Shown one piece after another: positions 29,489 through 38,896 of a stretch of 42,974 bases of DNA. A program made the position numbers and the translations under genes. This DNA is from Candidatus Woesearchaeota archaeon (GTDB lineage: Archaea; Nanobdellota; Nanobdellia; Woesearchaeales; JASKKU01): NCBI GenBank assembly GCA_030154045.1, contig JASKKU010000004.1, forward strand, positions 1-42,974, written 5' to 3'. Positions within the stretch are counted from its first letter, which is position 1; every line of letters starts with the position of its first letter. The notes below the pieces were generated by a model that had not been told where the DNA came from, searched no databases, and worked only from the letters and a program-made list of their open reading frames with translations.

Positions 29489-29789
29489 AATTTGTCCAGT
29501 TTGCGGACTACCGAAGGAATTGTGTGTTTGCGGAACAATCGCTAAGGAAAACTTAGAGATTGAAGTAAGAGTTGAAAAGAGAAAGTTTGGCAAAGTTTAC
29601 ACAGTGGTTTCAGGATTGGATTCAAAGAACTTAGACATCAAGGAACTAGCAAAGACGCTTAAAAGCAGGTTGGCTTGTGGTGGGACTTACACTAAAGATA
29701 GTATCGAGCTACAAGGCGACCACAAGAAACAAGTGAGAGACATTTTGATTGAACAGGGATTTTCACCAGAGTCTATCAAAATTAGATAA
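29481..29789 (+). CDS. sui1: Translation initiation factor aIF-1 (SUI1)
   Basis: CPVCGLPKELCVC, LKSRLACGGT, IELQGDH. Confidence 0.95.
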   Translation: MSEICPVCGLPKELCVCGTIAKENLEIEVRVEKRKFGKVYTVVSGLDSKNLDIKELAKTLKSRLACGGTYTKDSIELQGDHKKQVRDILIEQGFSPESIKIR

Positions 29790-29798
29790 GTAACAAAA

Positions 29799-30101
29799 AT
29801 GACCTTTTTGATAGGATCCAGAGTTGAAGTGGTTAGCTCAGCGAATACTCTGGAGGAAGGTTTATCAGGCATAGTGGTTCGCGATTTAAAAAACGCAATT
29901 GTCATGCTCACAGATGACAACAAAACAAAGGTTGTCTTGAAGAAAAATAGAGTTTTCCGATTCGAAACGAACGGAAAAGTTTTTATAATGAATGGGAATG
30001 CCCTTTTAGGTAGATTCCATTCACGATTACGTAAAAAAAATCGTAAAAGAAAAGGTAAGCAAAATGGTAAAAAACATAGGTCTCAAGGTAAAAGCGCCTG
30101 A
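29799..30101 (+). CDS. rnp1: RNase P protein subunit Rpp29/Pop4
   Basis: [13 protein letters not shown]...GLSGIVV; canonical position between SUI1 and S17. Confidence 0.8.
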   Translation: MTFLIGSRVEVVSSANTLEEGLSGIVVRDLKNAIVMLTDDNKTKVVLKKNRVFRFETNGKVFIMNGNALLGRFHSRLRKKNRKRKGKQNGKKHRSQGKSA

Positions 30102-30408
30102 AAAAGAGTGCGATGACCCAAAGTGTCCATTTCACGGTAATTTGAAAGTTAGAGGAAGAGTTTTCCAAGGTACTGTTACCTCTGACAAGATGAGCAAGAC
30201 AGTTACTGTAAAGAAGACTAGATTGTATTATGTCAGAAAGTACAAAAGGTATGAAAAAAGAATCAGTACATTTAAAGCTCATAATCCTCCATGTATTGGT
30301 GCTAAGGTCGGAGATGTTGTTAAAATTGCAGAAACACGACCTTTAAGCAAAACCAAAAGTTTTGTTGTTGTTGAAATCGTAAAACGCGCAAATGCTGAAA
30401 AAGAGTGA
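30064..30408 (+). CDS. rps17: 30S ribosomal protein S17
   Basis: [34 protein letters not shown]. Confidence 0.97.
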   Translation: MVKNIGLKVKAPEKECDDPKCPFHGNLKVRGRVFQGTVTSDKMSKTVTVKKTRLYYVRKYKRYEKRISTFKAHNPPCIGAKVGDVVKIAETRPLSKTKSFVVVEIVKRANAEKE

Positions 30409-30413
30409 ATAAG

Positions 30414-30815
30414 ATGAAGGCTGTAGATTCAAAAATAACCCGAGGATTGCCTGTAGGCGCTGTAGTTAATGTTGCAGATAACTCGGGAGCTAGGCAAGTC
30501 AAGATTATCGCAGTTAAGAAACTCAAGACTGTCAAAGGAAGGCTTCAAGCAGCAGGTATAGGTGACTTAGTTGTTTGTAGTGTTGTCAAAGGTAAACCTG
30601 AAATGAGAAAATCTGTTGTTGAAGCAATTGTTGTACGACAGAAAAAAGAATTCAGAAGACCTTCAGGTTTAAGGGTTAAGTTTGATGATAATGCTGTTGT
30701 GATTATCAAAGATGATTTTGGTAATCTAAAAGGAACTATGATAAAAGGTCCTGTAGCTAAGGAAGCTTGTGATAGATGGCCTTCAATTGCAAGGTTTGCT
30801 TCAATCATAATTTAA
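30414..30815 (+). CDS. rpl14: 50S ribosomal protein L14
   Basis: [22 protein letters not shown]. Confidence 0.97.
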   Translation: MKAVDSKITRGLPVGAVVNVADNSGARQVKIIAVKKLKTVKGRLQAAGIGDLVVCSVVKGKPEMRKSVVEAIVVRQKKEFRRPSGLRVKFDDNAVVIIKDDFGNLKGTMIKGPVAKEACDRWPSIARFASIII

Positions 30816-30830
30816 AGAGGTTGACATAAG

Positions 30831-31208
30831 ATGAAAGTTTTTTCAAAGAGTTGGGTTTCAAGTAAGAATCCTAGGAAACAGAGGAAGTATGTTTATCAAG
30901 CGCCTTTGCATTTGAGGAGCGCTTTTTTACACACGAATTTGTCAAAAGAGCTTAGGCAGAAATATAATGTAAGAAATATCAGAGTTGTTGTAGGAGATAA
31001 AGTAAAGGTTTTGAGAGGCACTTATAAAGGGACAACAGGTAAGGTTGCAAAGGTTGATTTGAAGAATATTAAGGTTTTTATTGATTCAATAAAAGTCAAA
31101 AAAGCTGATGGTAGCGAAGTTTATGTTCCTATTCACCCATCAAACTTGCAAATTATTGATTTAAACCTTAAGGACCCAAAGAGGGTTCAAAAACTTAAGA
31201 GGGACTAA
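30831..31208 (+). CDS. rpl24: 50S ribosomal protein L24
   Basis: SKNPRKQRK..APLH, GDKVKVLRG, IHPSN. Confidence 0.96.
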   Translation: MKVFSKSWVSSKNPRKQRKYVYQAPLHLRSAFLHTNLSKELRQKYNVRNIRVVVGDKVKVLRGTYKGTTGKVAKVDLKNIKVFIDSIKVKKADGSEVYVPIHPSNLQIIDLNLKDPKRVQKLKRD

Positions 31209-31210
31209 AA

Positions 31211-31930
31211 ATGGTTAAGTATCATTTAAAGAGGTTGGCAGCACCAAAAACTTGGAATATTTTGAGAAAGGCAGGCACTTTTATAGTTAGACCTTTCCCT
31301 TCAGGAACAGGTCTTCAGTATTCAATGCCTATCTCAGTTTGGTTAAGGGAAGTGCTTAAGATCGCAAAAGATGGCAGAGAGGTTTTTTATTTGCTAAAGG
31401 AGAAGAAAGTCTTAGTTAACTCAAAGAACATTTATTCAAAAAAAGCTCCAGTTGGGATTTTTGATGTTATCAGTTTCCCAGAATTGAATAAGCATTACAG
31501 GGTTATCTTAAATAAAAGAGGCAAACTAACAGCTATTGAAATTCCTGAAGATGAAGCTAATCTAAAAGTTTTGAAGTTGATAAACAAAACAAAACTAAAA
31601 GGAGATAGGCTTCAGTTAAATTTTAATGATGGTACTAATATGTTTGCAACCGATGACTTGAAAACACTAAAACCTGGAAGTTCAATTGTCTTTGATTTGA
31701 AAGAGAAAAAGGTAAAAGAGGTTTTACCACTTTCAGAGGATGCCTTAGTTTACATCTTATCAGGTGCTCATGTAGGAAGTTTTGCTAATGTTAAAGAAGT
31801 TGAGAATTCAAAAGTGAAAATTAAATTATCTGATAGTAGTATAGTTGAAATTCCTTTGAAAAATCTAATCGTTGTAGGTCAAAAAGATAAACCTGCAATA
31901 TCTTTAAGAGGAGATAGCAATGGCAACTGA
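31211..31930 (+). CDS. rps4e: 30S ribosomal protein S4e
   Basis: HLKRLAAPKTW, PVGIFDVI, QLNFNDGTN, GAHVG. Confidence 0.95.
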   Translation: MVKYHLKRLAAPKTWNILRKAGTFIVRPFPSGTGLQYSMPISVWLREVLKIAKDGREVFYLLKEKKVLVNSKNIYSKKAPVGIFDVISFPELNKHYRVILNKRGKLTAIEIPEDEANLKVLKLINKTKLKGDRLQLNFNDGTNMFATDDLKTLKPGSSIVFDLKEKKVKEVLPLSEDALVYILSGAHVGSFANVKEVENSKVKIKLSDSSIVEIPLKNLIVVGQKDKPAISLRGDSNGN

Positions 31931-32447
31931 GTCTAAGTTAAAAAACCCTATGAGGGAAGTCAGGATTGAAAAAGTCACTTTGAATATTGGCGCAGGCAGA
32001 GATGTTAATAGGTTAGAAGGTGGTGTTAAACTTTTGGAGAGGATTACTGGAAGAACTCCTATTAAAACAAGAGCAAAACACAGAATCCCAAACTGGGATA
32101 TAAGGCCTGGTTTGCAGATTGGTGTGAAGGTTACTGTTAGAGGAAAGGAAGCTGAAGAATTGTTAGCAAGATTATTTGAAGCAGTTTCAAACAAGATTAG
32201 TTCAAGGGCTTTTGACGACAGAGGTAACTTCTCATTTGGCATTCCGGAATATATTGAAATTCCTGGTTTAAAGTATGATCATTCGATTGGGTTGTTTGGT
32301 TTGCAAGTTTGTGTGACTCTTTCAAGAAGGGGTTTTAGAATTGCTCATAGGAAGATTCAAAGAAAATCTCTCAATAAAAAAGTTTGGATAGGAAAGGAAG
32401 AAGCTATAGATTTTATAAAGTCTAAATTTAAGGTTGATGTTGTTTAA
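31920..32447 (+). CDS. rpl5: 50S ribosomal protein L5
   Basis: NPMREVRIEKVTLNIG, KVTVRG, GNFSFGIPEYIEIPG. Confidence 0.96.
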   Translation: MATESKLKNPMREVRIEKVTLNIGAGRDVNRLEGGVKLLERITGRTPIKTRAKHRIPNWDIRPGLQIGVKVTVRGKEAEELLARLFEAVSNKISSRAFDDRGNFSFGIPEYIEIPGLKYDHSIGLFGLQVCVTLSRRGFRIAHRKIQRKSLNKKVWIGKEEAIDFIKSKFKVDVV

Positions 32448-32459
32448 TGAGGTGTCAAG

Positions 32460-32690
32460 ATGACTAGTGCAAATTATGACAAGGTCTTTGTACAATTAAA
32501 AGCAAAACCTGCAATTTTAAAGAAGTATCTGAAACACAGCGCTCCTAAACAAAGAAGTGGTGGAAAAGCGAAGTATAAATGCCAGCGCTGTGGTAGAGTT
32601 GGCGCTCATATTCAAAAGTATGGCCTGCATTTATGCAGACACTGTTTCAGAGAGCTTGCATTTGAGCTCGGATTTAAAAAATATGATTAA
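32460..32690 (+). CDS. rps14: 30S ribosomal protein S14 (Zn type) with N-terminal extension
   Basis: CQRCG...[12 protein letters not shown]...GFKKY. Confidence 0.95.
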   Translation: MTSANYDKVFVQLKAKPAILKKYLKHSAPKQRSGGKAKYKCQRCGRVGAHIQKYGLHLCRHCFRELAFELGFKKYD

Positions 32691-32699
32691 GGTGATAAT

Positions 32700-33092
32700 A
32701 TGAGTTTAAATGATCCTTTAGCAGACGCATTGTTTAAGATAAATCATTACGAACAGCTTCGTAAGAAAGAATGCACAATTACGAATGTATCAAACCTTTT
32801 GCTTAAGGTTTTAGAGATACTAAAAGACAACAGATACATTGGCGACTTTAGTGTAGAAGAAACTTCAAGAGGTAGAGTTGTTAAAGTTAATTTATTGCAT
32901 CGAATAACTGAACTTAAAGCTATAAAGCCAAGGTTTTCAATCAAAAAAGATGAGTATGTAAATGTTGAAAAGAGATACCTACCTGCAAAAGGTTTTGGTA
33001 TCGTTATTGTTTCAACGCCAAAGGGCATTATGACTCATAAGGATGCGATTAAAGAGAATTTAGGAGGAAGGTTAATTGCCTATTGTTATTAA
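32700..33092 (+). CDS. rps8: 30S ribosomal protein S8
   Basis: DPLADAL, IKPRF, YLPAKGFG, STPKGIMTH, GGRLIAYCY. Confidence 0.96.
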   Translation: MSLNDPLADALFKINHYEQLRKKECTITNVSNLLLKVLEILKDNRYIGDFSVEETSRGRVVKVNLLHRITELKAIKPRFSIKKDEYVNVEKRYLPAKGFGIVIVSTPKGIMTHKDAIKENLGGRLIAYCY

Positions 33093-33119
33093 AACAAAAA
33101 AATCAAGGGTTGTTTTAAA

Positions 33120-33680
33120 ATGAAAGTGGAAAAATTGCAAACAACAATAACTTTGCCAGAGAATGTCTCTGCAAGATTGGAAGTAAAAGAAGGCTCTAAG
33201 ATATTGACTATTGAAGGACCTAAAGGGAGCGTATCTCGTGAATTTACTCATCCTTTAGTTAATATTGTAATTGATGGAAATAAAATAACCCTTGAAGTTG
33301 AGAACGCAACTAAAAGACATAAGACTGTTTTAAACACTTACCAAGCTCACATAAAAAACATGATAAAAGGTGTTACTGAGGGCTTTGTTTACAAATTAAA
33401 GATATGCTACTCACACTTTCCTATGACTGTTAGCATTCAAAAAGGCGAACTTGTCGTAAAGAACTTTTATGGTGAGAAGTATCCTAGGACTTTGGCTTTA
33501 CCTCAAGATGTTGATGTTAAGGTTAATGGCGATATTATTGAAGTTAGTGGCATAGACATTGAAAAGGTTGGTAATTGTGCAACTGCTATTGAACAACTTA
33601 CTAGGATTACTAACAGGGATAGGAGAATTTTCCAGGATGGGATATTTATCATAGAAAAGAATGGTAAGTCCTTAATTTAA
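33120..33680 (+). CDS. rpl6: 50S ribosomal protein L6
   Basis: NMIKGVTEGF, YSHFPM, DRRIFQDGIFI. Confidence 0.96.
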   Translation: MKVEKLQTTITLPENVSARLEVKEGSKILTIEGPKGSVSREFTHPLVNIVIDGNKITLEVENATKRHKTVLNTYQAHIKNMIKGVTEGFVYKLKICYSHFPMTVSIQKGELVVKNFYGEKYPRTLALPQDVDVKVNGDIIEVSGIDIEKVGNCATAIEQLTRITNRDRRIFQDGIFIIEKNGKSLI

Positions 33681-33692
33681 GAGGTGGTTATA

Positions 33693-34340
33693 GTGACGAT
33701 TCAAGATAAACTTGTTTTAAGGAAAATAATCAAGAGGAAGAAACCTGATTACAAGAATTCAGGCTCTTGGAGACGAATACATAAATTCGGTAGTTGGAGA
33801 AGGCCTAAAGGTCATCAATCAAAGATGAGGCTTAAGAAGAGGGGTTATCCAAGAGTTGTTGAAGTTGGTTATGGTAGTCCAAGAGATGTTAAAGGCATGC
33901 ATCCAAAAGGGTTATTCCCTGTTACTGTTTATTCAGTTAAGGATTTGGCAAACATTGATTCAAAAACTCAAGGCATAGTTATCGCAAGTTCAGTTGGCTT
34001 GCTTAAAAAGAAATTAATTTTCGATGAGGCTGTTAAGAAAAAGATTACTGTTTTGAACCTTTCAAAAGAAAAGCTAGAGAGCTTACTTAAAGAGAGAGAA
34101 CTCTCAAAAGAGCAGAGAGAAAAAGAAAAAGAAGAGAAGAAGCAAAAAATAAAGAAGAGTCTTGAAGAAGCAGTTAAGGAATCTGAAGAGAAAACAGAAG
34201 AAAATAAAGAGGAAAAAAAGAAAGAAGCTAAAGAGATGAGTGAAGAAAAAAAGGGCACAGATAAGGCTGAAGAGACAAAAACTGAAAAAGAAAAACTAAA
34301 AGAAGAATATGATAAGATCTTAACAAAGCCACAAAATTAA
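33693..34340 (+). CDS. rpl32e: 50S ribosomal protein L32e with long Glu/Lys C-terminal extension
   Basis: WRRPKGHQSKMR, VGYGSP, GMHPKG; GTG start after GAGGTG (33684 is an alternative start). Confidence 0.93.
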   Translation: MTIQDKLVLRKIIKRKKPDYKNSGSWRRIHKFGSWRRPKGHQSKMRLKKRGYPRVVEVGYGSPRDVKGMHPKGLFPVTVYSVKDLANIDSKTQGIVIASSVGLLKKKLIFDEAVKKKITVLNLSKEKLESLLKERELSKEQREKEKEEKKQKIKKSLEEAVKESEEKTEENKEEKKKEAKEMSEEKKGTDKAEETKTEKEKLKEEYDKILTKPQN

Positions 34341-34365
34341 AAGCAAAATTCGAGAGTGAGTAAAA

Positions 34366-34821
34366 ATGGATTTGAAATCAAAGAAGAGGATTGCTGCATC
34401 AATTTTGAATTGTTCACCTTACAGAGTTATATTTGACGAGGAACACCTTGATGAAATTAAGGAAGCAATTACTCGTGAGGATATTAAGATACTAATTCAT
34501 AAAGGTTTCATTAGAAAGAAGCAAGTTAAAGGTATTTCAAAAGTTAGGTTCGTTAAATTAAGAGAACAAAAAAAGAAAGGACATAGAAAAGGTCACGGTT
34601 CCAGAAAAGGTAAGAAAACTGCCAGGAATGATCGGAAAGAACAATGGATGAACAGAGTTAGAAAACAACGAGCTTATCTTAAGGAGCTAAAAGAAAAACA
34701 ATTGATCAGTCCTAATGATTATAGATTGTTTTATAGAAGAGTTAAAGGCGGAGTCTTTAGGAGTTTAAGGCACCTAAAGTTATACTTATCTGAGAAAGGA
34801 ATTATCAAAAAGAGTGAGTAA
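34366..34821 (+). CDS. rpl19e: 50S ribosomal protein L19e
   Basis: KRIAASIL, EAITREDI, GHGSRKGKKTAR, W..RVRKQR. Confidence 0.96.
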   Translation: MDLKSKKRIAASILNCSPYRVIFDEEHLDEIKEAITREDIKILIHKGFIRKKQVKGISKVRFVKLREQKKKGHRKGHGSRKGKKTARNDRKEQWMNRVRKQRAYLKELKEKQLISPNDYRLFYRRVKGGVFRSLRHLKLYLSEKGIIKKSE

Positions 34822-34823
34822 AA

Positions 34824-35402
34824 ATGGTTAAGGTTATCCCTTTTAGAAGGAAAAGAGAAGGAAGAACAGATTATCATAGAAGATTGAAGTTGTTGAAATC
34901 AGGTAAGCCTAGGCTAGTTTTAAGACTAACTAATACAGGCTTAATTGCTCAACTAACAGAATTTGATCCTTCCGGTGATAAAGTTATTTTTGGTACAACT
35001 TCAAAATCATTGTCAAAATTCGGTTGGGACTTTTCAAAGAAGAGTTTGCCTGCTTCCTATTTATTTGGTGTTTATGTTGGTAAACTCTGTAAGAAACATA
35101 AAGTAACGGATTTTGTTGTGGATATTGGTTTACGAAAGTTCCAGAAGAAGGGTAGAGTTAGTGCTTTCCTAAAAGGTTTAGCAGATGTAGGCTTAGAAAC
35201 ATCTCATGATCCAGAGGTTTTTCCAGATGATGACAGAATCAGTGGCAAACATATTGTTGAATTCGCAAAAACTCTTAAAGAAAATGACGAAGCTAGCTTT
35301 AACAAACAGTTCTCAGAATACTTATCAAAAGGTTTAGATGTTCTTAGTTTATCAGATACTTTTGAGAAGGTTAAAACAAAAATCATGGAGAGTGATATTT
35401 AA
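34824..35402 (+). CDS. rpl18: 50S ribosomal protein L18
   Basis: FRRKREGRTDYHRRLKLL, RLVLRLTN. Confidence 0.96.
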   Translation: MVKVIPFRRKREGRTDYHRRLKLLKSGKPRLVLRLTNTGLIAQLTEFDPSGDKVIFGTTSKSLSKFGWDFSKKSLPASYLFGVYVGKLCKKHKVTDFVVDIGLRKFQKKGRVSAFLKGLADVGLETSHDPEVFPDDDRISGKHIVEFAKTLKENDEASFNKQFSEYLSKGLDVLSLSDTFEKVKTKIMESDI

Positions 35403-36358
35403 TGAGTAAAAAAGAATCATCTCAAGATCCTAAGAAAAAGAAGCAATTTAAGAACGCTTCAAAAGAAGTAAAGAAGGAAGCAAGGGAAGAGACAAAAGTT
35501 AAAGAACCTGTTCAAGAAGAAACTGTAGAAACTTTTGAAGAATCAACTGAAGAATTAACCGAGGAAGCAGATAATGTTGAAGAAACAGATGAAGAAATTG
35601 TTGCAGATGAAGAAGTCGTTGAAGAGGTAACAAAATCTCCAGAGGGTTTTGAATCTTGGGTTCCGAAAACACGACTGGGCAAATTAGTTAAAGAAGGTGT
35701 TATAAATAACATTGATGAGATTCTATCAAAAGGCTATAGAATCCTTGAGCCAGAGATTGTTGATTATCTTCTTCCAAATCTTGAAAAAGAGCTTATCTTG
35801 GTTGGTCAAGCAAAAGGTAAGTTTGGTGGCGGTAGTAGAAGAGTTTTCAGACAAACACAGAAGAAAACTGCTGAAGGTAATAAACCAAAGTTCTCTACTG
35901 CTGCGGTTTGTGGCGATATGAACGGTCATGTGGGTATTGGCTTTGGAAAATCAAAAGATACTGTCCCTGCAAGAGAAAAAGCAATCAAGCAATCTAAGTT
36001 AAATATCATCAAGATTAAAAGAGGTTGTGGCTCTTGGGAGTGCGCTTGTGGAGAACCTCATTCAATTCCTTTCAAAGTTTCAGGAAAGTGTGGCTCAGTT
36101 AAAGTGGAAATTTTGCCAGCACCTAAAGGTAAAGGAATTGTTGCTGAGAAAGAAATTCAGAAGGTCCTTAAATTAGCAGGAATCACTGATGTATGGGTTA
36201 ACTCTACAGGACAATCTCGTAAAAAGATTAACTTGATTAAAGCAACATTTGAGGCTCTAAAACAATTATCAAAAATCAAGGTGTTTGATGAAGAACAGAT
36301 TAAATCTCTTGGTATTGTTGATGGTGCTAAACCTCAAAAAATCGAGGAGAAAAATTAA
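35402..36358 (+). CDS. rps5: 30S ribosomal protein S5 with basic/acidic N-terminal extension
   Basis: WVPKTRLGKLV, RGCGSWECACGEPHS, PAPKGKG. Confidence 0.96.
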   Translation: MSKKESSQDPKKKKQFKNASKEVKKEAREETKVKEPVQEETVETFEESTEELTEEADNVEETDEEIVADEEVVEEVTKSPEGFESWVPKTRLGKLVKEGVINNIDEILSKGYRILEPEIVDYLLPNLEKELILVGQAKGKFGGGSRRVFRQTQKKTAEGNKPKFSTAAVCGDMNGHVGIGFGKSKDTVPAREKAIKQSKLNIIKIKRGCGSWECACGEPHSIPFKVSGKCGSVKVEILPAPKGKGIVAEKEIQKVLKLAGITDVWVNSTGQSRKKINLIKATFEALKQLSKIKVFDEEQIKSLGIVDGAKPQKIEEKN

Positions 36359-36373
36359 AACAGAGGGTTGAAA

Positions 36374-36733
36374 ATGGACAAAGTTGCAGTTATTTTAATA
36401 AGGTCACGGGTTAATGTGGATGTGCATATTAGAGACACTTTAGACAAGCTGAACTTAACTAAAAGATTAACCTGTGTAGTTTATGATAAAACTCCTTCAA
36501 TTATGGGAATGATTGAAAAGGTTAAAGATTATACCACTTATGGAGAGATTGATGAAGAGACTTTAAAGCTTTTACAAGAGAAAAAAAGCAATTCAAACAA
36601 GCCTCATGTCTTCCATTTGAATCCACCTAAAGGTGGTTTCGAGAGGAAAGGCATAAAGAAGCCATTCTCAATTGGTGGTGCTTTAGGTTATCGTGGCGAA
36701 AAAATCAATGATTTGATAAAGAGGATGATTTAA
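36374..36733 (+). CDS. rpl30: 50S ribosomal protein L30, short form
   Basis: GMIEKVKDYTTYGEI, FHLNPPKGGF, GALGYRGEKINDLIKRM. Confidence 0.95.
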   Translation: MDKVAVILIRSRVNVDVHIRDTLDKLNLTKRLTCVVYDKTPSIMGMIEKVKDYTTYGEIDEETLKLLQEKKSNSNKPHVFHLNPPKGGFERKGIKKPFSIGGALGYRGEKINDLIKRMI

Positions 36734-36755
36734 TTTTAGTTATTAGGTGATTTTC

Positions 36756-37235
36756 ATGGTTGTTAGAAAAAAGAAAAAAACTACCAAGATGTTAGGACGA
36801 AGGTATAGAGGTACTGGTCACAGGAATGCTACCAGAGCAGGTCACAGGGGTGGCAGAGGTCTAGCAGGTACTGGTAAAAGAGCAGACCAGAAAAAACCTT
36901 CAATCTGGAAGAATAAGAAATACTTTTCAGGAAGAGATTTTAAGCCAACACATTTCAAGAAGCCAGTTACAATCAATTTAAGGGATTTGCCAATCTTAAT
37001 TGAAAACAAAGGTTTAACTCCTGATAAATCTGGGTTTATCACTTTGGATTTAACTTCTGAAGGCTTTGATAAACTTTTAGGGAAAGGAAACATTAACTTA
37101 AAACTTAAGGTTAAGGTAGCTTCAGCTACTCAGAAAGCCATTGACAAGATTAAAGCTGTAGGCGGTGAAGTAGAACTTTTGAATGCTAATATTGATTCAG
37201 ATGAATTTGAAGAAAATGCAGAGATTGAAGAGTAG
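36756..37235 (+). CDS. rpl15: 50S ribosomal protein L15
   Basis: RAGHRGGRGLAG, DKLLGKG, KAIDKIKAVGG. Confidence 0.95.
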   Translation: MVVRKKKKTTKMLGRRYRGTGHRNATRAGHRGGRGLAGTGKRADQKKPSIWKNKKYFSGRDFKPTHFKKPVTINLRDLPILIENKGLTPDKSGFITLDLTSEGFDKLLGKGNINLKLKVKVASATQKAIDKIKAVGGEVELLNANIDSDEFEENAEIEE

Positions 37236-37327
37236 TTTTCATTTTTCTTAAGTAGAAAGATTTATTTTTAATTAATTCTTTTATATTAAAGTAAAATTTA
37301 TTAAATCAAATAAGTTTAAATCCCACC

Positions 37328-38893
37328 ATGATAAACTTATCAACTTTGATTTATCAATTGCCTGATGCACTTTTTGCAAATGTTTTTATCATCTTTCTAA
37401 TCTTTTTTTATGTTTATTTATTCTTAAATTACAAACTTTTCTCTGCGATTTTTAAGACTTTGAGAAGGAATAAACTGTTTTTGTTAATTTTTATAATGAT
37501 GTTTATTTTTTCTTTTATTAATGGTTGGCATTCTAAGTTATATTATGATGAACCTGAAAATGTAATTAATTCGTTAAAAATTTTTAGGCATCTTACTTTA
37601 ACTGATCCTATCCTTCCTAGGCCTTTAGGTTTCTCAACGCTATTATCTTTTTTCAACACAGATTCTTATTTTTACTCCCAGCTTCTTGGTAGAATCATCT
37701 CGTTTCTTTCGACTTTTTTTTCCGCAGTGTTGCTATTTATGATTTTTAGAAAGTTTAACGTTGACAAAAAGTTAAGTTATCTTTTTGTGTTCTTGTTTTC
37801 TATTGCTCCATATAATCTTTTTTATCTTACTTTAAATAAACCTGAATCTTTGGCAGTGTTTTTCCTGTTGTTTTTTATTTATCTTTTTCAAGTTTATGTT
37901 TTTGATAAAAGAAAAGATTTGCTTTGGTTTTTATACTTTTTATCCTTGGTTTTGCCTTTAACTCGTTATGAATTGATTGTTGTAAGTTTCTCTTTTTTCT
38001 TGTTTATACTTTTTAAGTTTAAGAGGAAGATTTTCTATTGGTTTCCCTATCTCATAATTATGTTTTTTATCTTTTTAGGCTCGGTAATAATCTTTTCAGG
38101 AGTGAATTCAATTTTTAAAGGTCCTAAAATTATTCGATTTGATTTATTGAACTTTTTACATTCTTTTGTTATTAAAATGTTTAGAACTCCTTGGTTTGTC
38201 TTTTTTATATTGTTTTTTATTTTTATTTTTTATTCTTTGAAAAAGTCCAAAGGCAAAACACAAAAATATTTCTATCTCTTCATTTTTGTATCATTCATTT
38301 TACTTAGTTTAATTTATTCTGCTTACGATTTTAGTTATGAGCAAAGATATCAGAAATTATTGTACCCTTTTTTATTTATAGGCCTGTCTGTTATTAGAAT
38401 AAAAAATCCAAATTTAAATTCCAAGGTTTTATATTCCCTAATTTTTGTTTTTGGAATACTTTTTATGATCTTTTCGCTAAATGCTTATTCCTCGATTAAA
38501 GATATCAATTTAAAAAATGTTTTTACCGATAGTGCCCTTATTGACATCCAAAAAAATAGGTCTTGTTTTAGTAACGCAATTTTATATTGTCCAGTGTATT
38601 TTCCTAAGGCTCTAATTGAAGATTTGAATTTTATAAAAGTCTATTCGGCAATAAGTAGTTACCAGGAACTTGAGAGTAAGTACAATGAAAAGTACCAGAA
38701 TTTAACATATCTCTATTTAATAGAATATTTTACAGATGCAATTCCAGGTCTTATTCCAAAAGAGGTTCTTTCTCTAAGAGGTTCTAAAGAAAACTATGAT
38801 AAGCTGACTAAATTTTGCCCGGGGTTAAGTGATGAAACAAAGTCTTTTCTTATTTATTTAGATAAACCATTATCACAATACTTTAAGAAATAA
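37328..38893 (+). CDS. Polytopic membrane protein, GT-C (PMT/ArnT-like) glycosyltransferase fold
   Basis: About 12 TM segments, YYDEP acidic motif in an early loop, PES, TRYE, QRY; soluble C-terminal domain. Confidence 0.7.
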   Translation: MINLSTLIYQLPDALFANVFIIFLIFFYVYLFLNYKLFSAIFKTLRRNKLFLLIFIMMFIFSFINGWHSKLYYDEPENVINSLKIFRHLTLTDPILPRPLGFSTLLSFFNTDSYFYSQLLGRIISFLSTFFSAVLLFMIFRKFNVDKKLSYLFVFLFSIAPYNLFYLTLNKPESLAVFFLLFFIYLFQVYVFDKRKDLLWFLYFLSLVLPLTRYELIVVSFSFFLFILFKFKRKIFYWFPYLIIMFFIFLGSVIIFSGVNSIFKGPKIIRFDLLNFLHSFVIKMFRTPWFVFFILFFIFIFYSLKKSKGKTQKYFYLFIFVSFILLSLIYSAYDFSYEQRYQKLLYPFLFIGLSVIRIKNPNLNSKVLYSLIFVFGILFMIFSLNAYSSIKDINLKNVFTDSALIDIQKNRSCFSNAILYCPVYFPKALIEDLNFIKVYSAISSYQELESKYNEKYQNLTYLYLIEYFTDAIPGLIPKEVLSLRGSKENYDKLTKFCPGLSDETKSFLIYLDKPLSQYFKK

Positions 38894-38896
38894 AAA

